DNA from: the human T2T-CHM13v2.0 reference genome, Homo sapiens
Assembly (NCBI RefSeq): GCF_009914755.1
Contig: NC_060944.1
Reading direction: 5' to 3' (one strand)
DNA length: 64,000 nucleotides
In this document: piece by piece, positions 1-13,739 of the stretch
How the letters are laid out: every line of letters begins with the position of its first letter
Numbering within the stretch: the stretch's first letter is position 1
Translations under genes and position numbers: made by a program
Notes under the pieces: model-generated
Told to the model about the DNA's origin: nothing
Databases searched by the model: none
The model's input: the letters and a program-made list of their open reading frames with translations, nothing else

Positions 1-189
1 CGTTAAGAAAATGTTCTGGCTCCTTTAAAGACATCTGCCAGCCACATTTCCCCAAGGACCGCGGTTTGAACCTTCTGATGTAGATGAGCTCTGACATTGG
101 AAGATTCTGGAGTCTGACAAGTCACAGCAGGTTGAGGGTAGGGAGAAACTGCAGGTGAGGGGTGCATGCTGAAGTCCTGATTTCTCCAG

Positions 190-276
190 GTCCCCAGGAT
201 CGGCTGAGAGCCCTGGTGGTGATCCCCATCATCTTCGGGATCCTGTTTGCCATCCTCTTGGTGCTGGTCTTTATCA
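190..276 (+). CDS. CD40: CD40 transmembrane exon (exon 7, 87 nt, phase 1-1)
   Basis: tttctccAG acceptor at 188-189 and GTGAGT donor at 277; encodes (G)[28 protein letters not shown], the CD40 TM segment. Confidence 0.98.
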
Positions 277-381
277 GTGAGTCCTCAGGTGGGGAGGTGT
301 TGGGGGAGGGAGGGGAGACCACCTGTTTCTTATCTGGCCTCTCCAACTCCCCATCCTTTTTTTTTTTTTTTTTTTTTTTAG

Positions 382-410
382 AAAAGGTGGCCAAGAAGCC
401 AACCAATAAG
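382..410 (+). CDS. CD40: CD40 exon 8 (29 nt, juxtamembrane [10 protein letters not shown])
   Basis: T23 tract then AG at 380-381; GTAGGT donor at 411; frame joins exon 7 (phase 1) to exon 9 (phase 0). Confidence 0.97.
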
Positions 411-933
411 GTAGGTCACCCCTGAGAACCCGGGACAGAGTTTTGACAAACTGGGAAGATGGCCTCACGGTTGCCTATGGGGCAGTAAAACTGATTCAGA
501 GTCTGTCTCTGCAGCCAGTGGGGTGGCAGCAGAATTGGGGACTGTCATCCCCACCCACCATGCTCCTTCCATCCAGAGCTCAATCCCCCACAGAACTGCC
601 CCTGGCACCACTGGCAGAGCCTAACACTGGCTGTTCTTCACTCCTTTCCTGGCATTCAACGCGTGGGGAGCTGCATCTTTGGGCCTTGGGGCTGGGTCAA
701 ATGGGTGGGAGCAAATGTGGCAGCCCCTTAAGCCCACTGGCTCCCACTCTGGAAGCTCTTCGTCGCCCTTGGTGTGGCCAGCAGGGGGCAGGAGGCACCC
801 GAGGAATCAGCACTGACCCACCGTCTGGGAAAGGGGGGAGGGCTTGGGGAAGGGATCCGCTTCCCAGGGAGGGGCTCCTCAGAGGCACAGCTGCCCCTGC
901 TGCTGGGGGTGACCTCACACCTTGCCTCTCCAG

Positions 934-1092
934 GCCCCCCACCCCAAGCAGGAACCCCAGGAGATCAATTTTCCCGACGATCTTCCTGGCTCCAACACTG
1001 CTGCTCCAGTGCAGGAGACTTTACATGGATGCCAACCGGTCACCCAGGAGGATGGCAAAGAGAGTCGCATCTCAGTGCAGGAGAGACAGTGA
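934..1092 (+). CDS. CD40: CD40 terminal coding exon (exon 9), cytoplasmic tail
   Basis: cctctccAG acceptor at 932-933; translates [52 protein letters not shown]; contains the TRAF6 site (QEPQEINF), the TRAF2/3 PVQET site (1006-1020) and SVQE; TGA 1090-1092. Confidence 0.98.
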   Translation, partial: APHPKQEPQEINFPDDLPGSNTAAPVQETLHGCQPVTQEDGKESRISVQERQ

Positions 1093-1447
1093 GGCTGCAC
1101 CCACCCAGGAGTGTGGCCACGTGGGCAAACAGGCAGTTGGCCAGAGAGCCTGGTGCTGCTGCTGCTGTGGCGTGAGGGTGAGGGGCTGGCACTGACTGGG
1201 CATAGCTCCCCGCTTCTGCCTGCACCCCTGCAGTTTGAGACAGGAGACCTGGCACTGGATGCAGAAACAGTTCACCTTGAAGAACCTCTCACTTCACCCT
1301 GGAGCCCATCCAGTCTCCCAACTTGTATTAAAGACAGAGGCAGAAGTTTGGTGGTGGTGGTGTTGGGGTATGGTTTAGTAATATCCACCAGACCTTCCGA
1401 TCCAGCAGTTTGGTGCCCAGAGAGGCATCATGGTGGCTTCCCTGCGC

Positions 1448-1895
1448 CCAGGAAGCCATATACACAGATGCCCATTGCAGCATTGTTTGTGATAGTGAAC
1501 AACTGGAAGCTGCTTAACTGTCCATCAGCAGGAGACTGGCTAAATAAAATTAGAATATATTTATACAACAGAATCTCAAAAACACTGTTGAGTAAGGAAA
1601 AAAAGGCATGCTGCTGAATGATGGGTATGGAACTTTTTAAAAAAGTACATGCTTTTATGTATGTATATTGCCTATGGATATATGTATAAATACAATATGC
1701 ATCATATATTGATATAACAAGGGTTCTGGAAGGGTACACAGAAAACCCACAGCTCGAAGAGTGGTGACGTCTGGGGTGGGGAAGAAGGGTCTGGGGGAGG
1801 GTTGGTTAAAGGGAGATTTGGCTTTCCCATAATGCTTCATCATTTTTCCCAAAAGGAGAGTGAATTCACATAATGCTTATGTAATTAAAAAATCA
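1448..1895 (+). mobile_element. Ancient L1 (L1ME-like) 3' end inside the CD40 3' UTR
   Basis: 1453-1575 translates KPYTQMPIAALFVIVNNWKLLNCPSAGDWLNKI, resembling the L1 ORF2 C-terminus (CTRMFIAALFTIAKTWNQPKCP..DWIKKM); ends with an L1ME-like terminus ...tgtaattaaaaa. Confidence 0.75.
1884..1889 (+). terminator. CD40: Likely distal CD40 poly(A) signal ATTAAA
   Basis: ATTAAA about 20 nt before my recollection of the CD40 mRNA end (...catcaaacatgtaaaaa). Confidence 0.7.
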
Positions 1896-3108
1896 TCAAA
1901 CATGTAAAAAGAAAAACGGGGGTGAACATGCTGGGTGACATGAGCTATTTAACCTGCTGTCAGGCTCACGGAATGAGGGCATTTTCTGTAGATAAATAAG
2001 AATGTCCCCAGGCTGCTGCCCCTCCAGGGTGGTTTCCATGTGTGCTCACATGTGGTATTGAGATTGCAAAGTGCTCTTCCCATTTGATTCATGTTCACAA
2101 AAATAGCCTTCCCCAGCAGGGTGGGTCTGCATCCCTCCCTCTTTTACAGAGGTGGAAATGAGGTCCAGAGAGGCGAAGTGACTTGCCTGTGGTCACACAG
2201 CGGTGTCTGGTGGTGCCATGCTCAGAGCTCCTCACTCTGGGTCCTGAGCTCCTCCCAGATCTGCCTGCTGTCTGGAACTGACATCTGTAGCTCCTTCCCA
2301 GGGAGATCCTGGGTCTCTCACCGCCTTCTGACCTCCCTGTGGCTGCAGGAGCTACTGCTTCTCGGTCAGATGGTATCCCCTTCCCCCAAGCAGTATCTCA
2401 GGATAAAAATAAACCATCCTGTTCTCTTTTCCTGCTGAGCCAACTGAGGGGGAGCCTAGCCAGGAGGAGCGGCAGATGGAGTGGGAGCAGAGGGGAGGGG
2501 AGGGGAGGAAGGTTGGAGGACAAGGAGGAGAAGGAAGAGCAATGCAAAGTGCCATGCAGAACCCCGGCACAAAGGTTCGAGGTGAGGTTTAACCCAGGGG
2601 TCTCAGCCTTTCCCAGGAAAGAACCTGCTTTGGATTTCCCCAACACATCCTGCTGGCTGGAGGGTGTGGGGCGATGGGGGGCAAGGGGAGATGTGGAGAG
2701 GGCTTATCCCAGTGGAGGCTGTGAGGGCAGCTGCGAGCCAAGAGAGGGGCACCTGGCTTGGCAGGCTTCCCAGAAGAGCTTCAAGAACCATTTGGATACA
2801 CCAGGTGGAGGCCTTTGGTTTAGAAAGTGGAGCAAAGTGGTGGTGGCGGGGAAGGGGAACTTTGGGACCTAATTCTTGTCTCTTATCTAGAGCCTAAGAG
2901 TGAGTGTTGTTCACTTCTTTGGTGGTATGGTGGAAAGAGACCAAAGACCCACGCCTGCCACAGATCATCTGTGTGGCCTTGGATGAGTCACTTTCACTGC
3001 TTCACTTCTCAGTTTCCCTATCTGACAAATGGTGACAATATCTGCAGCAGACGCTATTGATGCCTCCTGTGTTCTCTTCTAGGTCAGAGCTTCTCAAATT
3101 TGAGTGTG

Positions 3109-3654
<546 letters not shown>

Positions 3655-3734
3655 TTGTTAAAGATCGTGGGGCCCCACCTCCTGTGTTTCTGATTCTGTG
3701 GGTCTGGGATGGAGATCAAGAATTTGCATTCTAA

Positions 3735-4112
<378 letters not shown>

Positions 4113-4846
4113 AGCATTCATATTCCTATACTGTGTAAGCAGCCAGTTTCTGACTGCAAGCACTGGGGATCACTTGCCTCAGGGCTTTTCCAGGTCTTGA
4201 AAACATGCTTGGTGCAGAGGCAGGCCAGGTAAGCTGTAGATGGGGGAGTTAATTCCCCGAAGTACTTTCAGCCAGCCAAGGTTGAAAGTGGGAGGATAAA
4301 TACTCAAGCTTCCTTGCCCTTGGGAGGGACAAATGTGAGCTGTGTTCTACAGTGTCTCCGAGGCTCCCTGGAGGGACTGAGCTATGGAACCTACAGTGGG
4401 CACTCTGCACTGATTCCCATCCTTTCCCTGTCTCACATCCCCTCTCCACCACTGGTGCTTCCCGGGTTCAACTCCCAAATAAACGACCTGCATTCATCCC
4501 TAGTCTCAGGATCTGCTTCTGGGAGAAGTTCCCCCTGAGAATCAGCAGAGCCCATGCACAACAATGTGCAATTTTGTTTTTCTTAGCGTCCCTAATGAAG
4601 GGAAGAGGTGGTTATTCTTGGCAGCGTTAGCACATTCTGGTTCTAAATAGAGATTGGCCAGGAGCTTTCTATATGGCCTCAGGAAAGTTACTCAGTTCTG
4701 GGCTTTTGTTCCCGGATGCATGATGGGTCCCTAGGAGTTCTAAGGATCCTTCCAGTTCTGAAAATAGCGGAGAGGACCAACCTCTTCAGGGTGTAGGGTC
4801 CTGCCCGGTGCGTGGACGGAGGGGGTGGCCGTGAGGCGCGCATCAG

Positions 4847-4861
4847 CCAGAAGGTGGCGCC
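4847..4861 (+). promoter_or_regulatory. Candidate CTCF site in a small CpG-rich patch
   Basis: CCAGAAGGTGGCGCC vs CTCF core CCASYAGRKGGCRSY; surrounding 4800-4945 is CpG-rich. Confidence 0.65.
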
Positions 4862-5385
4862 AAGGTAACGCCCGAAGACCCTGGCGGCGGCTTGGGCTCC
4901 CTGAGTAAAGTTGGGTTTGCTGACTCGCCCCACACCCGCCCACACTTGGAAGAGGAGACCTTTCTTCCCTTGACCCCATCAGCCTGAGCCTCCTGAAGCT
5001 TCTACTCTGCAACTTCATCCATTCCCAGGTCTCATCCTTGTCATGAATACTTCCTTCCTTAACAAATACCAGCTGCGGTCCCACTGTGTGCCCCATCCGG
5101 AGCTAGGGTTGTGCACAGTGACACTGCTAAGACACTGAGTGCTCACTATGTGCTAGGCACAGCGCTAAGGACTTTGCATGCATTGCCTTAATCTTTATGA
5201 CAGCCCTGCGTAAGACGTGGTCTCTTACAATATACTTTTTACAGATGAGATGCAGAAGTCAAATGACTTGCTAAGGTCTCGAGAGTTAGAGCTGGAATTT
5301 GGACCTAACTAGGTTGACTCAAAAGCCTGAGGTTTTTGCTCATTCAGTGAGTAGGAAAGTAGGCATATGTTGCGGGGTGATGTAA

Positions 5386-5845
<460 letters not shown>

Positions 5846-5917
5846 TGGAATCTGGATTTTTATGTGAACTCTTACTATTTTTAAATTCCAAAAATTGGTC
5901 AAAAAATCCACAAAAGT

Positions 5918-6318
<401 letters not shown>

Positions 6319-7462
6319 TTATACGTGGGGAAACAGAGGCACTGAGAAAGTCCAGAGCTGGCTCAGGCAACATGTCCTGGGCAGCTTGTCTCTCTCTGTG
6401 CCCAGCCAGGAGTTGAAGAGCCCCTGGGGGCTTAGGATCCACCCTGTGCACCCCAGGTAACCAGGGCCTAAGGCACTGATGCTCTGGGACTGAGGGACTT
6501 CCCTTGGGAGAGGCCTAGTTGTGTGTAGATGTCCTCCTCATTCTATGAACAGTCCCCCGACACTCCCACCCGTGCAGCCCCAGCCACAGGCAGGAACACA
6601 CACCAGCTCTCCCACTTAAGCCTTCAGGCCCTGCAGTCAATTCCTCGGGCAGCAGAAGTTATTAAAGACCCTGCCCCCAAGGACTTCTCTCCCACCGACT
6701 GATTCTGGCACAGCAAATTACAAACCCATCTTTAGGGGTGGGGAGATGCAGTTTTAATTTGTAAAAACAAAGAAAGAAAAAAAAGAAATCTATGCTGTGG
6801 TCCTGGAGTTGGGGAAATGGAGGAAGCTCCTGAGGGGGCTCCTCCTGGGATGAGCAGTATGGTTACCGTGGGTGCTCCAGGAGAAGCCCAGCAAGGTCGG
6901 TGAGCAGCTTGGGCCCAGCCAGCTACAGCCAGTGGGCAGGGGGTGAGGGCGCCTCTCTCTTCCTATGCTCGCCCTCCCTTCCTGTCCCTGGGGCTCCCTG
7001 CTGACTGGCACATCCCTCTGGGCCTTGGTGCCCAGCTAGTTCTCTGCCTCCCGCTCACTCCAGTGCTCCTTCCCATCCTCTGCAGCATCTGCCCGCACCC
7101 TCCTTCCTGCTTTCTCCAATGCTTTCTAACTACCTCCTTTCCCATCTCCAGCTATTCCGACTCACCTTGTTCTCTTTTGAACAAGTGTTATTATTCTGCC
7201 TAATTATAAAAGTCATGCTCATGCACCACACCCCTCATCCAAGCAATAAACAGGACCAGGGAAGTAAGACCACTTGTAAACCTCCCACCCCCTGCTAACC
7301 ACAAGATATGGGTCCTTCTAGACTTGTTTTCTCTGAGATAAACATTTTTTTTTTTAAACTTGGGCTATTATTATATGCATTGTTTTGTAAGCAGCCTTCT
7401 TTGCTTAGCAGTGTACGGCAGACGTCTCTCCATGCCAATTACATAGAAATGGACAGCATGGC

Positions 7463-7744
7463 TTTTTTTTTTTGGTCTCACTCTGTCACCCAGGCTGGAG
7501 TGGCACGATCATGGCTCACTGCAGCCTCAACCTCGTGGGCTCAGGTGATCCTCCCACCTCAGGCCCCTGAGTAGCTGGGACTACAGGGATGCAACACCAC
7601 ACCTGGCTAAGTTTTGTGTTTCTTTGTAGAGATGGCATTTCGCCAGGTTGCCCAGGCTGGTCTCAAACTCCTGGGCTCAAGTGATCCACCTGCCTTGGCC
7701 TCCCAAAGTGCTAGGGTTACAGGCCTGAGCAACTGCACCCAGCA
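7463..7744 (-). mobile_element. AluJ-like
   Basis: Antisense diverged dimer. Confidence 0.9.
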
Positions 7745-8941
7745 ACAGCATGCTTTTTAATTGGTGCATAGGATTCCACTGTAGGGCTGGATGCTGATTC
7801 ATGAAGAGGCTCCATGAAGTCCCTCCTGGACTTTCAGGCAGTGTTTCTCTTTCCTTTTCCTCATGAGTCTCTCCCTGGTGCCTCCTCCGCTTTTCCTCTC
7901 TCTCCATCTCTTCGTCTCCTACCTCCCATTTTCTCTCCACCTTTCACTCTCCCCTCCTCTCTGACTTCATCCCTGAGTCCCCACCCTTAGTTTCTCCTGT
8001 CTTCTCCCCTCCACACCCCACTCTCCCCAGCCCTACCCATTCCCTCTGACTCTCTGCTCCCTGCGGAGGGTGGGGGGTCCATGGTGTTTAACACCGGCTC
8101 CCACATCAGACACGTGCCATCTCATTAGCGTGCCTGTCCCCCAAAGTGAGGCAGGCAGGAGCCACAGTAGCAGCGAGAGGCCTAATTGAATGTAACTAAT
8201 TATTCACTCCCTTAAATGGGCCTGGGAGGGACAGAATTACTCACTCTGAACTGGGGAGACAGGGAACTGGCCGCTGGCAAACAAATCCTGGGGCCTGTGG
8301 AGAGGGCTCTCCTTGGAATACTAATTAGGGCCGAGTGATGGGATAAAATCAGGGACAGAGACGCCTCTCCCTGCCCTCCCACCTCGTCTGGGAAATTGGG
8401 GGTCAGGAGGAGGAAGGGACTCTTGTGTGAATCTAATTGAAGGACCCCTGGGAAGTGTTAATACGGGGTGGGGGCAGGGGAAATGAAATGCTGAGCCTGG
8501 GGCTTGAGGAAGGCAGGGGGCTAATGTTTAATATGGAGAGAGGCGGGAGGGCACAGCAGTGCCTGAGGGAAGGAGCTGGCAGCAACCCCAGAGCCACCAA
8601 GAGCTGAGGGAACCCCACTGGCTCCTGGGAGGAAGCCCTTCTCCTCCCAAGCACTACCAAGTGCCAGGCCCTGTGCTAAAGACCGGTGTTCCAAATCTTC
8701 TTGAAGCCCTTTGTGTGTTGGCTCACTCCGTATCTCAGATGAGAAAAACTGAGGCTCAGAGAGGGGAAGCGGCTCCTTCATCCATGATCAGGCAGCTAGA
8801 ACATGCAGGGCGGGGCCTCGGTTCCACCTGGCTGCAAAGCTTCTGTTCCTAACCCCTAGAATTACCCAGACCACATCCCAGACCAATTAGATAAAATTTC
8901 CATGGAGGTGGCATGTGACGGTCATAGTCTAGGCATCAGTA

Positions 8942-9238
<297 letters not shown>

Positions 9239-12200
9239 AATCATCAGTATATTTTTTTAGAGCTTCCCTGGTGATTCTGAGATTCAGCCAGAACTGAGGA
9301 CCCCTGGTCTGGACTTTATTTCCCTATTTGAGTCACTGCTTCTATTTCACAAGTGGCATCCATCCTTCTACTGAGCCAACCTGTCCCAAAGGACCTCTAG
9401 GCTCTATCTAGCCTTATCTCTGGGACTGGTTTCCAGACAGCTGGGAGCACGCAAGTTGGGGCAGGAGGGACTGTGTGGAATAGGATGAGGGAGGGTTCTA
9501 ATGTCCAGGGGTGGACCCAGGGTAGAAGACCTGAATGCAGCCCCAGGAGACTCTGGGATGCATCATTCTGGGCAGCTCCTGAAGGTCAAAGGTGAGAAGT
9601 CAATTAGGGATTGTGCAGATATGAAAAGAAGGACAAATCACACGATGGAGAGACGTATAGAATGGAGAGGTATGTGTGTGTGCATGCGTGCGTGCACGTG
9701 TAGTAAGGGAGTGGTTGGTGTGGGTGGGTATAGTAATCGTGATTCTTGATACCATTTATGTGCCAGGTGCTTTTCCCATATTATCTCATTTGGTCCTGAC
9801 AACAGTCCTTTGAAGGTGTATGGTCATCCTTGCAGCTGAGCAAGGTGCAGCTCAGAAAGGTTGAGTAAGCGTCCCAAGGCCACACGCAGAACCAGTATTC
9901 AATATCTGGCTCCCAGTTTCAAATCCCATGCTCCTTTCTCCTACTCTGCCTTGATTGTGCTATTGCACTTGTGATCTCTTCTCTAGCAGGTGTTGGTGTG
10001 TGTGCATGCTGGTTAGGTGTGCATGATGTGCGTGTGCTTGTGTGTGTGTTGCTCCCTCCTTTTGGGAGGGACAAAACTTCCATTCTGCCCAGCACAATGC
10101 CTCCTGCTGACTAGTGAGAGGGAAGAGGAGGGGCACCCACTCCTGCTTCTTGCCCCTGTTCCCCAGTGCCACTCAGCTGGTGACTGCCTCTCCTGTGGCT
10201 GGGGCTGAGGAGGGGCGGGGCAAGGCGGGTTATCCTCCCAGCCAAGTGACAAATAGCCTTATTTGTAACAAAGGTGGAGAGACAACCTATTTCTAGGGTG
10301 GGGAAATTCTCTCTTTTTCAGGCTTTCAAGCTGCCCTCCTGCCACCCCGTCCCCTGCCCCAGTGAAGGTGGCAGGGAGAGATGGGCCTGTCACACTCATT
10401 CCCCTTCCGTTCCGCCACCTCAAGTGCAGGGGACTTCATGGGAGCTTCATAGAGGGGCAGCAAATTTATGAGCCCAACACCGATTCCCCGATCACCTCGC
10501 TGGCCAATCCATCTTTCTGGAGCCAGAGATGAAATGAAATTATTGTGAAATAAATCCATACAGATGATCGAGGGACTGGCAGCAGGGGGACAGCAAGGGG
10601 TGGGAGCCAGGAGCTGGGGCTCAGGTGGGAGGGCTATTGCCACTCCCCTTGGCTGAGACCCAGAGAGGGGACTTCACTGGCTTTCCTTCCTTTGATGGGG
10701 TGGGGCTGCGTTCTGCTTATGCCACCAACTCTCTATGGAGCCTCTTGCCCAATAGGATCCTTATCTAAGGGGCTGAATGAAAGACCCTCCAGCTTGTGAT
10801 GGGTCCTGTGTCACTCATGCTTCCAAACTCCCAGGGTCAGAGAGCAAGGAGGGAGTGGGAGGGGTTGCATTCAGGGTGAGGTGGGAGTGAAGACAGAGTC
10901 AGAGTCAGGGCCAAGGGCCTGGGTGATGCTTCCCATATTTAATTACCCGCCGTGGAGGCCCCCTGCTGTGCCAGGTGTTCGTGCCTAAGTTTTGGGAATG
11001 AAGGGAGACCCAAGGGAAGGCACCAGTGTTGGGGTTACTCAGGCAGCTTGGGGCCACAGCTGTTTACCAGGAGGTTTGGAAGTAGTTCAATATTTTAACA
11101 ACCTCTGTAGTAGGACTTCATATTCCAGCTGAGTACCGATCTTGGAGCAGGGCGAGGGTTGGGGCCGCTTGGTGCCCTCTCCCTCCTCTTTGCCCAGCAG
11201 TGTCTGGGATATTCCCCACAAAGATCCTGCAGGATGGCTGTGTCTCAGGCTGGTGCATCAGGGGCTGGCCTCAGAGCCAAAGGGTCCACAGTGGACTTGC
11301 CAAGCCCAGAGTGCCAGAGCTTTCCTGCCTCCCCTCCCACTTTAGCCAGCTCTCAGGGGGCCCCCCACCACCCTGAGCACTGAGCTGGAATTGGAGGCAG
11401 CCAGCCGGCTGGGATGTGATCATTCGGCCTCCTGAGCAAGGCCAGCCCTGGCCACAGGGAAACAATGAGGTCCCTTGAGTAGTCAAGGGTCTGCTGGGGC
11501 CACTGGGCAGGACAGGCCCTCCCTAGCCTGCCCTGGTCTTGCTCTGGGACCTTGACCCTCTCCCCTTCTGAGGAAGGAGTACAGTGGCTTTGGGGGATGA
11601 TGAAGGCCAGACAGCCAGACCCTCAGCACCTATTGATGTTGCTGGCTGGGTGGGTGTGTGTCTGAGTGCAGCCCCGGGCTCACGTTAGGTGGGGCGGGGG
11701 TGGAAGCCAGACATAGACTGCTCTGGAAATGAGATTTGCCTCGTTATCTGTGCTTGCTCAGACCGAGGGCCTTGGGCATTAGCCAGCCCATCCAAGGAGT
11801 TAAGAAGCAGGAGGAGGGGCAGAGAGCCGAAATCCAGGCTCCAGTGGATAGAGCCCCTGCTGGAATGTGTGTGTATGTGTGTCCCTCGGTGGTTTGGATT
11901 TGTGGGGTTTTGTCTACAAAAGTGTGTGTGTTTTCCTGGTTAGTGTGGATGTCCTTTAAAAGAATGTGTGTATAGCACTTTGCCTCCTGCTCATGGTGGT
12001 TGCTGTTTCTCTTTAGTGTGTGTGTGTGTGTTGCTGGAATTAACACAAGTATGTCTGTTTCTGGACTGCACCTGTGTGTGCACACCCACAGGCTCCTGTT
12101 GGTTTTGTTTGTACATGCCCCGTTCGCATCCCAGCCCACTCAGAAGGCTGCAGGCCCAGACACAGCCTAATGGACAGAGCCAGGTGGGCAGGGCAGGCTG

Positions 12201-13739
12201 GCTGGCCTGCACCCAGGGGGCGGTGGGTGGATCTGGGCATCTTCCAGAGGCACCGGCCTGGCAGGGAACAAAGGGGCAATCAGTAGAGAGGCCACTAGAG
12301 CACAGCTGATTGAGGAAGAGGAATTAACTAGGAGCCCCATGGGGCTCTGCAGGGGGCGGGGGCGGTGGCCCCTGGCATTCTGATTAGGAGGGGGAGCAGG
12401 TGCAGCTGGGCTTACCTGAGCCACAGGAAGGAGTTGGAGGGGGCAGAGGGGAAAGCCTAGGATGGGATGAAGTAGAGCAGAGCTGGGAGCTGAGGACCTG
12501 GACCAATGACTTTGAGGGAGAGGAGCAAGGGGTCCTGGGTGAGAAGGTCACAGAGTGTACTGAGCAGATATTGTCATCCTAAATGGGATCCTTGTCACCT
12601 GTCATCCTAAGTGGATCACACTCCCACTTATCCAGAGCTTGCTGTGGGCCTGGCAATGGGCTAAACATCTGCCATGTAATCCTCACAGCACAGAAGCCAG
12701 TTCCATCATCAGTCAGGCTCACACATGACGATGTGGATGCCCAGAGAGGTAAGGCAACTTGCTGGAGGACACACAGCTATGAATCCAGGTCGGCTCGGCT
12801 TTAGGGTCCTCATTTTAACCTCTATGCCACCTTGCCACTCCCCAGGCCTCTGCTGCATTGCCAGTGGGGAGATGCTACAGGAAGACAGACTGTGGCACAG
12901 AAAAAGAGGGATGTACAAATCCACCTGACCAAAAAAGCAGCCTGATCCTGGAGGGGGTGAAATGCCTGACACTGGAGGTATGCAAGGAATAGCTCACTAA
13001 CAAAGGGGTTCCTTGCTGGATAGGTGGTTGGATTCCATTCTCTCCATCATTGTAATATGGATTGAGTCAGAGTCCCTGGGTTTGAATCCCAGCTCCACCA
13101 TTTATTCACTGTGTGATATTGGGCAACTTGCTAGACCTCTCTGTGTTTCAGTTTTCTCATCTGAAAAATGGAGGAGTGTGAGGATGGAGGGTCAGAGAGA
13201 GCTGGGGGAAGAGGTGGGACTTGGGATGAACAGAAAGCAAGGTGGCAATGCAGGTGTTAGGCTCTGGGGCTTGAGGGGTTGAGTGGGGTTCAGGTGACCT
13301 TAGGTTCAGCTTCCTCTGCTCTAGCCCAGACCTCACATCTCTCACTGGGGCCATTGCTTCAGCCTCCATCCTGCTTTTCGTGCCCAGCCTCTCCTCCTCC
13401 GGCCCATTCTCTGTCCTCTTCAATTTGACCATGTCACTCCCCTCATCTGTAGCCTTTAATGACTCCTCTCCCCCTATAAAAGTGGTTTTCAAAGTGTGTC
13501 AGGAGAACCCCCTGCGGGTTGGGGGATAACCTTAGGTGACACATGATCCAGGTCTCCTGGGAGACTTTGCACAGTTCTCTTTTGATCCCAAGGAGGACAC
13601 CCCAGTTTGGTGCTGGTTTGTCTTTCATATCCTTTGCTGTAGGAAGATCAGGTCAGACTCGGCCACCAGCAAACAACTGAGTCTAGTTAGAACTCAATAA
13701 CGCTGATTTGTTCTAAGCTTTGATTTCTACAACTGTTTC

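Larger units (their letters stand above)
1093..1910 (+). other. CD40: CD40 3' UTR (end approximate)
   Basis: Follows the stop codon; candidate PAS ATTAAA 1327-1332, AATAAA 1543-1548, ATTAAA 1884-1889. Confidence 0.8.

Noticed and set aside
443-933. 5' part of the 250-aa ORF 443-1195 in CD40 intron 8
   Set aside because: Non-ATG start, GC-rich intron, no recognisable protein; only the part overlapping exon 9 is reachable by splicing
12290-12306. CTCF-like ggccactagagcacagc, and weaker matches near 49336 and 51115
   Set aside because: Mismatches at core positions
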